This document shows, piece by piece, positions 1 to 13,322 of a stretch of 64,000 bases of DNA (its first letter is position 1; the number at the start of each line of letters is the position of its first letter). The position numbers were made by a program, and so were the translations under genes. Origin of the DNA: Heterodontus francisci (Eukaryota); NCBI RefSeq assembly GCF_036365525.1, contig NC_090372.1, positions 107,920,380 through 107,984,379 on the forward strand, given 5' to 3'. The notes beneath the pieces were generated by a model, which had not been told where the DNA came from, made no database searches, and saw only the letters and a program-made list of their open reading frames with translations.

Positions 1-1360
1 TAATGCCTACAAACTTGATCTGAAACATGAGCTTTGACTGAAATGATTGGAAAAACCTTTCCTCAGCTGTACTGCTCAGAAAGAATTTTGTAAGTACTTT
101 TCAGCAGCTTCAGTTAGGTAAATCTTTTTCTTCCCACTTATCCAGGCCAATGTGATCTCCTGGATTAGTTTTGATCAACTACGGGTGGGTGGAGAGGAAT
201 TTTCTAATTTCCCTCCCCCGCACCCCCCCCCACCCCCGTAACTAAATTGCATGAATGTTAATCTTTTTTTGCCTCTCCCAGGAGATAATATGACTTTGGG
301 TGGATGGAGAGTGTATGTATGTGAGGTATAAGGCATTGCAACAGTGTGAGACAGGCTGGATGGACCAGGAGGTCTTTTTTGTCTGTCATTTTCGTATGTT
401 CTGTCACGGAACCCATAACATGAAACTCACTATGGGAGTTCTCATATAAAACCTTATAATGGAAGCAGAACAGGAGCAGCAAGAGGAAGGCAAGATAAGG
501 CAAAACACCAAAGGAGAAGACGATAACTAGGAGGTACCTGCTGTCTTAGTAATGTCTCAGAAGAGGTATGTTCAAGAAGAAGGCATAGAAGGAACTTTGT
601 ATGTCATTGCAAACTGACCTCAAAACATCCTCTCAAAACAAAGATCCAACTTAAATCAGAACACTGAACTTCATATCACAAGTAGTTTTGCTGTGCAAAT
701 ATATATTTCCAGCAGGTGCTTCTTATTACTACTTTGCCTACCCCAGTGTCTCTATTTGCTGTTCTTAAACCTAGTGCTCTATCAAAGTGATACCTGAGAC
801 CCAGGGAACAGGTGGCCTAGAGGACTAGAATGCAAGGGGGTAGAAGTTACACTTCAGCTATACAAAGCCCTGGTTAGACCACACCTTGATCACTGTGAGC
901 AGTTCTGGACACCACAGCTTAGGAAGGATATATTGGCTTTGGAGTGAGTGCACCGTATATTTACGAGAATTATACCTGAGGCTGGACTTTAAGATCCCAC
1001 TGCTGATTTCGGTGACGAGCTCTAAAAATGGTGGCCCGCCCACGCAGGCTGCAAGCCAAAGAGCCGCCGCAATCTCCTGCGCAGCGGCTCATTTAAATAG
1101 CCGGGGTGGTCCTCCAATCATGTGGAGGGGGCAGGCTGTCCGTCACTGGCCATGGCGTCAGCTGCTTGTGCGCAGGCACTGGCGCCATTGTTAAAGGGCA
1201 GCTAGCCCTGCTGGCAAATTTAAATTTTAAATTTTTAAAGAAGTCACCCCCAAAATTAAATAAATAAATTTATAATGCCCTTTTCCAACCCCCCAAATAA
1301 TAGTTACAGTAACTATTTGCCCTTCCCCCACAAAACACTTAACTTTTACATCTGACCTTC

Positions 1361-4135
1361 GCATTGCACTGTTGAACTACAAGAAAGCCCCCAGCGAGTT
1401 AACATCCGTAGCACTTAAAAAAGCCAGAAGTGCTGCACAAAGAACAGCCAGGTGTTGCGCAAATGACTACTGGCAACACCTATGCAGTCATATTCAGCTG
1501 GCCTCCGACACCAGAAACATCAGAGGAATGTATAATGGCATTAAGAGAGCTTTTGGGCCAACCATCAAGAAGATCGCCCCCCTCAAATCTAAATCAGGGG
1601 ACACAATCACTGACCAACGCAAGCAAATGGACCGCTGGGTGGAGCACTACCTAGAACTGTACTCCAGGGAAAATGTTGTCACTGAGACTGCCCTCAATGC
1701 AGCACAGTCTCTGCCAGTCATGGATGAGCTGGACGTACAGCCAACAAAATCGGAACTCAGTGATGCCATTGATTCTCTAGCCAGCGGAAAAGCCCCCGGG
1801 AAGGACGGCATTACCCCTGAAATAATCAAGAGTGCCAAGCCTGCTATACTTTCAGCACTCTACGAACTGCTTTTCCTGTGCTGGGATGAGGGAGCAGTAT
1901 CACAGGACATGCGCAATGCCAATATCATCACCCTCTATAAGAACAAGGGTGACCGTGGTGACTGCAAAAACTACCGTGGAATCTCCCTGCTCAGCTTAGT
2001 GGAGAAAGTCTTCGCTCGAGTCGCTTTAAACAGGCTCCAGAAGCTGGCTGAGCATGTCTACCCTGAGGCACAGTGCGGCTTTCGAGCAGAGAGATCCACC
2101 ATTGACATGCTGTTCTCCCTTCGTCAGCTACAGGAGAAATGCCGCGAACAACAGATGCCCCTCTACGTTGCTTTCATTGATCTCACCAAAGCCTTTGACC
2201 TCGTCAGCAGATGTCTCTTCAGACTACTAGAAAAGATCGGATGTCCACCAAAGCTTCTAAGTGTCATCACCTCATTCCATGACAATATGAAAGGCACAAT
2301 TCAGCATTGCGGCACCTCATCAGACCCCTTTCCTATTCTGAGTGGCGTGAAACAGGGCTGTGTTTTCGCACCAACACTGTTTGGGATCTTCTTCTCCCTG
2401 CTGCTCTCACATGCGTTCAAGTCTTCAGAAGGAGGAATTTTCCTCCACACAAGATCAGGTGGCAGGTTGTTCAACCTTGCCTGTCTTAGAGCGAAGACCA
2501 AAGTATGGAAAGTCCTCATCGGGGAACTCCTCTTTGCTGACGATGCTGCATTAACATCTCACACTGAAGAGTGTCTGCAGAGACTCATCGGCAGGATTGC
2601 GTCTGCCTGCAATGAATTTGGCCTAACCATCAGCCTCAAGAAAACGTACATCATGGGGCAGGACATCAGAAATGCTCCATCCATCAATAGCGGCGACCAC
2701 GCTCTGGAAGTGGTTCAAGAGTTCACCTACCTAGGCTCAACTATCACCAGTAACCTGTCTCTCGATGCAGAAATCAACAAGCGCATGGGAAAGGCTTCCA
2801 CTGCTATGTCCAGACTGGCCAAGAGAGTGTGGGAAAATGGCACACTGACATGGAACACAAAAGTCCGAGTGTATCAAGCCTGTGTCCTCAGTACCTTGCT
2901 CTACGGCAGGGAGGCCTGGTCAACGTATGTCAGCCAAGAGCGATGTCTCAATTGATTCCATCTTCGCTGCCTCCGGAGAATCCTTGGCATCAGGTGGCAG
3001 GACCTTATCTCCAACATAGAAGTCCTCGAGGCGGCCAACATCCCCAGCATATACACCCTACTGAGCCAGCGGCGCTTGAGATGGTGTTGTGCCTAACACG
3101 CACTTAATCTTAAAGAATCCATGGAATCTGATTGGTGAAAGGTATATCAATATTTTATTCACACACTAAATCATCAAGTACAAGCTCTCACTACTTGCAC
3201 AGTATACTACCCGTCAAGACACGAGGTGATCAGTCTCGGACTTGCGGCTGACCTTCTGTTCTCTGAGCCCCTGGCTCAGGGTATCTTCTCGTGTGTTCTT
3301 CCCCGGGATTCTCGTATCTTCCTCAGTTTCAGTCAGGGGTTATATCTTGTTTCCAAGGTCCGCCCCTCTTACTTACTCATAGGGATCTGGTATAATGACA
3401 TAATGATAATTCCTTATTTGGCTCAGTGAGAACCTGTTCAAAATTTCACAATTTCCCATTGTCTATTATGAGTTTAATCATTTCTGGTGTCCATGACGAC
3501 TCCTAGTTTCTGGGATCCTCCTCAATACCTTTTCTATAATCATATCTACAATTCCTTGGCTATCTGTGTGCTGTGCCCCTTTGTACTCATCGCGCATCAA
3601 CACACTGTTCATTGATGTGTAACTGGCCCCTTTGTTTCAGCTAAGTTCTCATGTGTTTTTACTATATATGTTTTTACTGGGTTTACAATGGCTTGGCCAT
3701 GTGAGCCGCATGGAAGATGGCAGGATCCCCAAGGACACATTGTACAGTGAGCTTGCCACTGCTATCAGACCCACCGGCCGTCCATGTCTCCGCTTTAAAG
3801 ACGTCTGCAAACGCAACATGAAGTCCTGTGACATTGATCACCAGACGTGGGAGTCAGTTGCCAGTGATCGCCAGAGCTTGCGGGCAGCCATAAAGGTGGG
3901 GCTAAAGCGTGGCGAGTCGAAGAGACTTAGCAGTTGGCAGGAAAAAAGACAGAAGTGCTAGGGGAGAGCCAACTGTGTAACAGCCCCGACAACCAATTTT
4001 ATCTGCAGCACCTGTGGAAGAGTCTGTCACTCTAGAATTGGCCTTCAGAGCCACTCCAGGCGCTGCTCCACAAACCACTGACCACTTCCAGGCGCTTACC
4101 CATTGTCTCTCGAGACAAGGAGGCCAAAGAAGAAG
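1361..4135 (+). mobile_element. RTE-clade LINE, 5' truncated, interrupted by a solo LTR
   Basis: 527-aa RT ORF (YRGISLL, FIDLTKAFD, GVKQGC, LLFADD), then WLGHVSRMEDGRIPK and a (GAA)n tail. Roughly 50-bp target-site duplication at 1311-1360 / 4136-4184. Confidence 0.92.
3085..3687 (-). mobile_element. Solo LTR (603 bp) inserted in the RTE
   Basis: TGT...ACA termini with an exact 4-bp TSD (ATGG); the RTE frame resumes across it (RRLRW|LGHV). Minus-strand AATAAA near 3155. Confidence 0.85.
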
Positions 4136-4600
4136 AACTATTTGCCCTTCCCCCACAAACACTTACCTTTTACATCTGACCTTCCCCCCACAAACTGCAC
4201 AAAGTTTAAAGTTCAACCCTCCCCACCATCCCCTACACCCATTACCTTTATTTGACCCCCGTTCCTCCCCACCCCGCACTGAAAAGTTACCTCCTCCCCC
4301 TTCCCCACCAGTGTGGCGCTGCATTTCCCCGGACAGTGATTTGAAGGCACAGGAGTGCCGGCCTACCACGCCGAAAGTCTGGCAGACGCTCCAGATCATA
4401 GGTTAAGCTACAAGTAGAGATTAAACAAACTAGGGTTGTATTCCCTGGAATTTAGAATCTTAAGGGGTGATTGATTGGAAATTTTCAAGATATTGACGGG
4501 AAATGATAGAATAGATGGGGAAATATTCTGCTGGTTGGGGAGTCTAGGGCTAGGGGGCACAGTCTAAAGATTAGAGCCAGACCTTTCAAGAGTGAAATTA

Positions 4601-5375
4601 GGGCCTGAACTTTACCAGCCCTCCGCCTTCGGGGGTCATGGCGGAATGGCTTGGAAAATTCTTCTGGGAGAGGTCTGCCATGACCCCTGATGCCGGGAAG
4701 ACCCCACCGAATTTTACCGGTGGCGGCGAGGCCTCGGTGCAGACCCTGGCGGCCAGGCCTTCATTTTAATATTAAAATGAATTGAAATTAATGCACATCA
4801 ACTTACCTTGCCCCGGCATGCGTCCCACAACGATATTCCGGTCACCAGCTGGAACCCCCATGCCTTCTGAGGTGTGACGCTGGTAGGGAGGGGGGAGGAG
4901 TGAAAATTGCAGGGTGGGGGGAGCAGGGAAAACATTTTGTATTGGTTGTGGGGACAGTGGGAAGGGGTTGAAGGGCAAAGGTAATGAGGTTGTGGGGTGG
5001 GCGGGTGTTAGAGTTGGGAATAAAGTTAATTTTGGAGTGATAGGCCCAAAAACAAACACTGGAGGGGCTGGTGTGGTGTGGTGGTGGGAAAGGGCCTCCA
5101 GCTTTTATTTAATTTTTTAACAACAACATTAAACAGTGTGCCTTTAAAAATTCAAATTTCTCCTAAGGGCTTGAAGCCCTTTAAAAATGGCCCCAGCACC
5201 TGCGCAGTGGCTCAGGTTGCCATTGTCAGGGATGGAGTGGCTGCCCCCTCTACGTCATCGGGGGCAACTGCTCCGCCCCCTCCATTTAAATGAGCCCCCA
5301 CACGGAGGCTCAGCGAGGCCCACCGAGATCAAAGCAGCCACCGCGATTTGCGGTAGGCTAGTAAAATTCAGGCCC
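4601..5375. mobile_element. Harbinger-like non-autonomous TIR element
   Basis: TIRs gggcctgaactttaccagcc / ggctagtaaaattcaggccc (18/20 match); interrupts the CR1 fragment. Confidence 0.75.
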
Positions 5376-6499
5376 AGGAAATACTTCTTCATGCAGAGGG
5401 TGGTAGAAGTTTGGAACTCTGACAAATGGCAATTGATACTGGATCATTTGTTCAATTTAAAATTGAGATTGACAGATTTTTGTTACCCAAGGGTATTAAG
5501 GGATATATGGCGGGAAATGGCGGGTATGTGGAGTCAGGTTATAGATCGGCCATGATCACATTGAATGCTGAAGCAGGCTCCAGTAGCTAAATAGCCTACT
5601 CCTGTTCCTGTATTTGGCTGGGAAGTAGTTTGTGAGCGATATGCAAAGTGTTTGCTGATTGTATCAAATTTCTCAGGATCCAAAGAGACATTTATGATAA
5701 CAGCCACATCTGAATGCAATTGACTGGACTTTTTTATACACAGGTAAGCAGTATTATTAAAGAGTATAGCATAACTGTCTAAGGACCAAAAATTAATGGT
5801 GGGGAAGGCTATCTTCTACTTGTTGCCAGGAGGCATTAAATCGCACACTTTTGGACCTTTTGAAGTTCACAGGGTCAAATGGGGAGTCCATGAGAGGTGA
5901 TGCATGTGATGCATCCTCACATTGAAGAAGCCAGAAATGCCAGCATAAGTATATCAGCACATGGGGGATGTTCCGCCTTCGAAAGCGGAAGAGGCTTTCG
6001 CAGTGGCTCCCTGTGCTAGGTATTGTTTGTAATATGAAAAATTGTTCCCCTCTCTCCTCCGATTTTTCTTGCCAGCCTGGATCCCCAGGATGTTGTGGAT
6101 GGAAGGCAGACATATTTTATGGGTGTTGGGTGAGGTATGCCTGATGAGACCAGAAGCCATACAAAGTAACGATCTAAAGAATAAGTAGTAATATTCTTTC
6201 TATTTCTTTGGCTCCATAAGCTTTGGTTAAATTGTTAAATATCACTCCTTTATGGTGCCTGTTAAATCTTTTTTCTTTTATGTTAATAATTGATCAGTGG
6301 GGTTCTGATATGTAACCTTAGTGTGCTTGACACCTTGAATTTTTACATTATTTCTATGTAATATTGCTCTCATCTTTTTAAAGTAGTCATGGTAATACCA
6401 AAAACTTCTAGACTTTTTTATTCGAAATGATGGTTTTTACAATTTAATCAGTGACGTCCAACAAAAGATTAACAGTTTACTTAAAAAAAATTTGTATTA

Positions 6500-8557
6500 C
6501 TAACAGCCCATGGCATGTAAAATCAAGGAAAACCCAAAGATATTTTATAAATACATAAAGAGCAAGAGGATAACTAAGGAAAGAGTAGGGCCGATTAGAG
6601 ACCAGAAAGGTAACCTGATGGAAGACATGAGCATGGTTCTTAATGAATACTTTGCATCTGACTTCACAAATGAGAGCAATTTTACAAAGCTGAAATGTGA
6701 TTTGCAAAGGACTGGGAACAAGAAGGTAAATCAATGTCAGAGCACTGGGGGGCATTCAAGGAGGAGATAGAGAGAGTTCAGAACACATATGTTCCCACAA
6801 AGAAATATGGTGGGACTCCCAAATCTAGAACCACCTAGATGTCAAAGAGCATACAGAGTTGGATAGGACTAAGAAGGAAAGTGTATGTCCGATGTCAAGA
6901 GCTTAATACTGCAGACAGCTTAGAGGAGTATAGAAAGTGCAGCAGTGAAATTGAAAAGGAAATTAGAGAAGCAAAGAGAGGGCATGAAAAAATATTGGAA
7001 AGTAAAATCAAGAAAAACCCAAAAATATTTCATAAATACATGAAGAACAAGAGGATAACTAAAATATTGGATGGGATAAACATAGTGAGAGAGGAAATAT
7101 TAAGGTGTTTAGCATCTTTGGAGCTGAATAAATCACCAAGCTGGATGAAATGTATCCCAGGCAGCTAAAAGAAACAAGAAAATAAATAGCGGAGACTCTG
7201 ACCATGATTTCCCAATCCTCTCTGGCTACAGGCATGGTGCCAGAGGGCTAGAGGACTGCTCATGTTGTAGCATTACTTAAAAAGGGAGGAAGGGATAACC
7301 TGAGTAATTACATACCAGTCAGCTTAACTGTGGTGGTGGGCAAATTTATTGTAAAAAAAACTGACAGCCAAATGGACTGAATTCTATAAGCTCGCTGCCG
7401 AAATCGGCAGCGGGCGGAAAAGATGGTGGCTCACCCACACGGGCCACACGGCAAAGGGCCGCCGCAATTCCAAGCATGACAACTCATTTAAATAGCCAGG
7501 GCGGGCCATCAGCCCCCCCCCCCACTACCCCTCCGATCACGTAGAGGGGGTGGGCTGTCTGTCCCCGGAAATGGCATCAGCTGCCTGTGCATAGGCACTG
7601 ATGCCATTTTCAGCCCTACTGGGACATTTAAATATTTAAAGTGAAATTGAATTTAAATAAATCAATACATTTCTTTTGCCCCTCTCCCACGCCACCCCCC
7701 CATATCAATTAAATTAATTATTGGCCCTTCTCCCCCCAAAACACTTACACAATCCGACCTTCCCCCCCACCCCCAACCGCAAAACTGCACAAACTTTAGA
7801 CTGTAACCCTTCTCACCATTCCTATGTGAGGTTCATTTGACCCCGTTTTCCCCACCCCTCCCCATTGCACTGAGAAACCTACCTTACCTCATTCCCCCCG
7901 CTTCCCACCAGTGTTGCACCTCGTTTCCCTGGACAGGGATCCGAAGACACAATAGTGCTGACCACCATGGTGAAGATCATGGCGAGACTCATTAATACAG
8001 GTGATTTAATTTATTTAAATGTTTAAAGGGCGGTTCCGTCACCGAGTGACGGGGCCACCATGAGGCCTCGCCGCCGCTGGCAATGACTGGCCGGGCTCTG
8101 CTGGCATTGAGATCCGTGGCAGGCCTCATCTGGGGCCATCTTCATGTCATGGATCTCGACGTCAACGGCTCTTTAGAATCCAGCCCTATAAATCAGCATT
8201 TAGAAAAGCATGAATTAATCAAGGACAGTCAGCACGGATTTGTTAAAGGAAGGCTGTGCCTGACTAACATAATTGAATTTTTTTTAGGAGGTAACAAGGA
8301 GGGTCACTGAGGGTGACATGTTTGATGTAGTCTACGTGGATTTTTGCAATGTTTTTGACAATATCCCACATGGCAGACTGGTCAGAGAATTAAAAACTCA
8401 TGGGATCCATGGGAAAGTGGCAAGTTAGATCCAAAATTGTTTCAGTGGCAGAAAGCAAAGGGCAATAATCAATGGGAGTTTTTGTGACTGTGAGGCTGTT
8501 CCAGTGGGGTTCCGCATTGCTCAGTCCTGAATCTCTTGCTGCTCGTGGTATATATCA
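6500..8557 (+). mobile_element. Decayed CR1 ORF2 fragments, interrupted by a TIR element
   Basis: KENPKIFYKYIKSKR, SLEEYRKC, HGFVKGRLCLTNIIEFF motifs with many frameshifts and stops. Confidence 0.8.
7374..8187. mobile_element. Harbinger-like non-autonomous TIR element
   Basis: Termini ggactgaattcta / tagaatccagccc; interior closely resembles 34807-35577. Confidence 0.7.
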
Positions 8558-9884
8558 GTGTATATCTCCGGATTACTCCCAAGGCCACATGCTAATGAGT
8601 ATAGAAATAGGAGAATGTATCAGATGAATGCGTTGCTGGAGAGATGGTGTGGGAGGGAGGGCTTCAGATTTCCGGGGCATTGGGACTGGTCATGGGGAAG
8701 GTGGGACCTGTACAAGCCAGACGGTCTACAGCTGAACAGGATTGGGGCGAATATCCTTGCAGGAAGGTTTGCTAGTGCAGTTGGGGACAGTTTAAACTAG
8801 ATTGGTGGGGGATGGGAACCTGAGGGCCATTTCAGGTAGGAAAAATTCAGAGCAGGGAACGGGAGGCAGAAAATTAGCGAGTGACTCTGAAAGATAGAAG
8901 AAGCAAAGGTTAAAAATTGTACAGCACAGGAACTTGGCTGTATTAAAAGATATTTATTTAAATGCAAGGATTCTAGCAAATCAAGCGGATGAGCTGAGTG
9001 CACAGATAGACACATGGCAGCATGATATCATTCCTGTAACAAAAACTTGGCTTAAAGAAGGGCAAAAATGGCAGCTTAACATCCCTGGATATAGAGTTTT
9101 CAGGCAGGATAGAGAGGGGGATAAAAAAAGGAGGGGGTGTAACATTATTGGTTAAGGAATCAATAACAACTATGAGGAGGGATGATATGCTAAATGAACC
9201 ATCAAATGAGGCCATATGGGTGGACATCAGAAATAAAAAAGGGGCAGCCACACTATGAGGAATGTATTATAGACCCACAAATTGTGAGAGGGAGATAGAA
9301 AAACAAATATGTAGGCAAATATCTGAGTTCAAAAACTATAGGGCAATAATATTTGAGGATTTCAACTACCCTAATATCAACTGGGATACAAACAGTGTGA
9401 AGGGCACAGAGGGCACAAAATTCTTGAACTGCATTCAAGAGAACCTTTGTAGCCATCACGTAACAAGCTCAACGAGAGGGGGCACAATTCTAGATTTAGT
9501 CTTTGGTAATGAAGCTGGGCAAGTGGATGACGTAGCAGTGGGTGACCATTTTGGAGATAGCGACCATAATAGTTAGTTTTAGCATAATCATGGAAAAGGA
9601 CAAAGATAAAATAGGAGTAAAAGTTCTAAATTGGGGGAAGACAAATTTTACGAAACTGAGAGGTGATCTGGCAAAAGTAGACTGGATACAGCTACTTGAA
9701 GGAAAATCAGTGGCAAACCAGTGGGAGGCATTCAAAAGCGAGATTCCACAGGCAAAGTGTAGGCATGTCCCCACAAAGATAAAGGGTGGTACGGCCAAAT
9801 TTAGAGCCCCTTGGTTATCTAGAAGCTTACAGGGTAAGTTAAAGCAGAACAAGAAAGTTTATGACTATCACAAAAATCTTAATA
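8558..9884 (+). mobile_element. CR1 LINE 5' half: ORF1 SGNH-esterase C-terminus plus ORF2 endonuclease
   Basis: SGLLP...WCGREGFRF..HW...DLYKPDGLQLNRIG (ORF1); YLNAR, TWLK, YYRP, DFNYPNINW, ILDLV, GDSDHN (APE endonuclease). Confidence 0.88.
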
Positions 9885-9943
9885 AAAGCAAAATACTGCG
9901 GATGCTGGAAATCTGAAATAAAAACAAGAAATGCTGGAACCAC
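9881..9943. mobile_element. Short Penelope-like terminal-repeat fragment
   Basis: gatgctggaaatctgaaataaaaacaagaaatgctggaaccac; the last 27 bp are identical to 17378-17404, which continues into a degenerate hammerhead-like sequence. Confidence 0.6.
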
Positions 9944-11544
9944 TGATCCCAACTGATCCCAAAATTCAATGAGGGAGACGTGGAAGTGGCTAGCTAAGAC
10001 TTGAACTCTCCTGATACAAAGCAGGCTAACAAGAAAAGCCCATGAGGTTTATTCCCTCTTGCCAGATGACAGTTCATCAAATTATGAACTGACAAAAAAT
10101 GTTATCCTTGGGGCACATGAGCCAGTACTGGAAGTTTACTGCCAGGAATTTCGAACCTTCAAGAAGCAAGCTGATCAAGCTCACCTGGAGTTTGAGCAAA
10201 ATAAGCAGCTGGCTTTTGACCAGTGATTGAGGCTCTTAAAGTGCAGACCAGCTATAAAATCTCAGAGAGGTAATTTTGCTAGGGGAATTTAAACACTCTC
10301 TCCGACTCTCCATAAATACTTGTGGAAGAACAAAAAGTTCATAGAGCCAGGCAAGTCACAGTTCTGGCTGATGAGTCTGCTTTAATATACAAGTAGGTTC
10401 CCCAGCGGAAAACCTTTCCAAGTCACCCCCACAAATCCGAAAAGGACTAAGGGTGGGAAGATGATAGAAGCCCAAGCAGTCTTGGGAGAAAGAGAAAAGC
10501 AGGAGATACAGCGGGCCCTCCTCCAGCCAAAAAGGAAGGTGCTGGAGGTAGGTGTGAGACCCGGAGACCTATGTGCTTCCATTGTAATAAAGCAGGTCAT
10601 CTAAGAGCTGACTGCTGGAAACTATGGGGAAAACCTGTAGGGCTAATCAGGGCACACCCGCTCAGTGAAGGAGAAAGGGCCCTGATGGAAAGCACAGATG
10701 AACAAGCTGTGGCTTTAACTGCAGACATAGTAAGGCCCAGGAAAAAAACTGCTGTAGGTGCAGGAAAATTGAATAGAATTCCTGAAGGTTATCAGAATTT
10801 TGTGTCTAAAGGAAAAGTAACCCCATACCCCTCGAGCAAGCAAGCCCAAAGTAATCCTCAGGGACACAGGGGCCACTAGATCTTTTTTACTGGGAAAAGG
10901 CCTGACCATTCCCCCAAAGAGTGTAATAAATACCAGAATGGTGGTAAATAGTATTGGAGGGCAGTGGATGCCTGTACCTTTACTTCGGATGTACTTGGAG
11001 TGCGACCTAGGTTCGGGACTGGTGACCGTTGCGATTGTCCCTAGTTTGCCTGTGGACGGGGTTGACCTGCTCCGAGACAATGATCTGGCACGGGGCAAAG
11101 ATGGTAGCTTCCCCAGTAGTGAAAGAGAGACCGCAGGAGGTCAGAGAGACAGGGCAGTGGTGGGAGACAGTCCCCTGCAGTTTCCCTTCATGTGTAGTGC
11201 ATCAGGCCATGATCAAACCAGCTCCCCCAGAGGAGGCTGAATTGGTATTGCAGGAAGATGACCATGAGGTCTGTCTGTCTGAGACTTTCTTTGGAAAGTC
11301 AGAAGATCCAGGGAATGAATTAAATGAATCTTCTCTAGCTGAGGCTCAGCAAGCTGACCCAGTACTAAGAGAGTTAGCACTGGCTGCCCAGACTGAAATT
11401 GAAGCAGTGGGAGTCCCTGATTGCTATTATTTAAAGACTGAGGTACTGATGAGGAAACAGAGTTCTCCTCACAGACCTGAGAACAAAGAGTGGACAGTGG
11501 TTTACCAGTTAATGTGCTGCAGAGGCACCGGTGAGAAATATTAT

Positions 11545-11856
11545 ATATATTTTTTTATTTAGAGATACAGCACTGAAACAGGCCCTTCGGCCCACCAAGT
11601 CTGTGCCGACCAACAACCACCCATTTACAGTAATCCCATATTCCCTATCACCTCCCGACACTAGGGACAATTTACAACGGCCAATTTACCTATCACCTGC
11701 AAGTCTTTGGATGTGGGAGGAAACCGGAGCACCCGGCGAAAACCCGCGCAGACACAGGGAGAACTTGCAAACTCCGCACAGGCAGTACCCAGAATCAAAC
11801 CCGGGTTCCTGGAGCTGTGAGGCTGCGGTGCTAACCACTGCGCCACTGTGCCGCCC
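11545..11856 (-). mobile_element. tRNA-derived SINE (HE1-like)
   Basis: Minus-strand head gggcggcacagtggcgcagtggttagc (A box) and gggtttgattc (B box); CR1-like tail gggccgaagggcctgtttcagtgctgtatctc; TSD ATTA. Confidence 0.88.
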
Positions 11857-12970
11857 ATTAAGAATGGCCCACGAGATTACAGTGGCTGTACATGTCGGTA
11901 TACGGAAAACAAAAGCCTGCATAAGACAGCAGTTTGACTGGCAAAAACTCCACAAAGATGTAGTAGTGTACTGTAAGAGTTGCCACATGTTCCAGGTTGA
12001 GGGGAAACCCCAACCTACAATGAAATCTGCACCCCTAAGTTCTGTATCGGCGTTTGGAGGACCCTCCAGCAAAGGGCTGGTGAACTGTAAGGGACCCCTG
12101 CCGAGAACAAAAGGGGATAGACAGGCACAAGGCTGGCAAAAAGTTAGAGAGGAAAGAGGAAAAGGGGACAAAGTGGACAGGTTACAGAGGATCCGAGAGG
12201 ATTCGCAGATGAAAACCCCAACTGTCCAGTCAGCCAACTCCGAAATGTTGGAAAACGTAGACCCCATATTCTCCTATGTAAATGCAGACACCAGAAGCCA
12301 CCCAGTGATGCCTCACCTAGTCAAAGTGTCGCAGGGACATGCAGTAGAATTTGAACAAATAACTGCAAGCAGGAGTGTCCCAGAGGATAAATGGAAGATT
12401 AGCAAAGGATCCTTCCCTATAGTCAGAAGAAAAGGGAACCAACCCTCCCCGTAAAGTGAAAAGCCCTAGCATGACTCATCCGAACACTGTAAGAGAGTTC
12501 AGAGTGAATCACCCACTGCCAACTTCCATAATCAGCACTCCAAACCAGGGCTAATTAAATTTAACCCTTCCCCTGCAGATCTCAACAGGAACAAAGGCAC
12601 CCGAGATAGTCATGGAAATATGCAACCTGCAAACCTCCCCAAAAATCACATGTTTATTGGGATGCCAAAAGGGCAGTGTAAAGCAGCACTGCTACCAAGA
12701 CAGGCTGTAACAATCTTTAGGATTTTTGAATGAGTGAGAATGAATGAGAGAAATGCATGTGTGCTTTCCTGCACTTTCTCTCCTTTCTTTTTTTTTATTG
12801 AAAACGCTCTTCTAAAACTGCATGTCATTCCGCTTGATGTGGAGGTGTAATGAAATCCACACCTGCCAAAGTGAGACATGTTGGTTTCGTCATATGGAGC
12901 ATTCATTTTAAACTGTTACAGGCCTGAAAAAAAAGCTTTCTTTAAAAGAGCACTGAAACACGACGGCTTG

Positions 12971-13322
12971 TTTTGTTTAGTTTAGAGATACAGCGCTGAA
13001 ACAGGCCCTTCGGCCCACCGAGTCTGTGCCGACCATCAACCACCCATTTATACTAATCCTACACTAATTCCATATTCCTACCACATCCCCACCTGTCCCT
13101 ATATTTCCCTACCACCTACCTATACTAGGGACAATTGCTAATGGCCAATTTACCTATCAACCTGCAAGTCTTTGGCATGTGGGAGGAAACCGGAGCACCC
13201 GGAGGAAACCCACGCAGACACAGGGAGAACTTGCAAACTCCACACAGGCAGTACCCAGAATTGAACCCGGGTCGCTGGAGCTGTGAGGCTGCGGTGCTAA
13301 CCACTGCGCCACTGTGCCACCC
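12971..13322 (-). mobile_element. tRNA-derived SINE (HE1-like) inside the Gypsy LTR
   Basis: Same head, body and tail as the 11545 and 43418 copies. Confidence 0.88.

Larger units (their letters stand above)
978..4405. mobile_element. Non-autonomous Harbinger-like DNA element, split by the RTE insertion (978-1360, 4136-4405)
   Basis: Internal sequence (ctcatttaaatagcc...ggcgtcagctgc, C-rich tract) is shared with the TIR-bounded copies at 7374, 30686 and 34807. Confidence 0.6.
800..5610 (+). mobile_element. Old CR1 LINE 3' fragment split into three pieces (~800-977, ~4408-4600, ~5376-5610)
   Basis: Pieces read consecutively as the CR1 ORF2 C-terminus ([14 protein letters not shown]; LGLYSLEFR; FFMQRVVEVWNS) plus the 3' UTR. 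Confidence 0.7.

Noticed and set aside
1-125. Possible VWDE first exon (ATGs with gtaag/gtaaa donors); also the donor at ~5744
   Set aside because: No hydrophobic signal-peptide frame ending in a phase-1 donor.
6135-6165. CTGATGA motifs as additional hammerheads (also ~14290 and ~61902)
   Set aside because: No properly placed GAAA box, stem II or stem I complementarity.
11531-12454. 307-aa ORF
   Set aside because: Chimeric read-through of an antisense SINE into a Gypsy integrase fragment; not a host gene.
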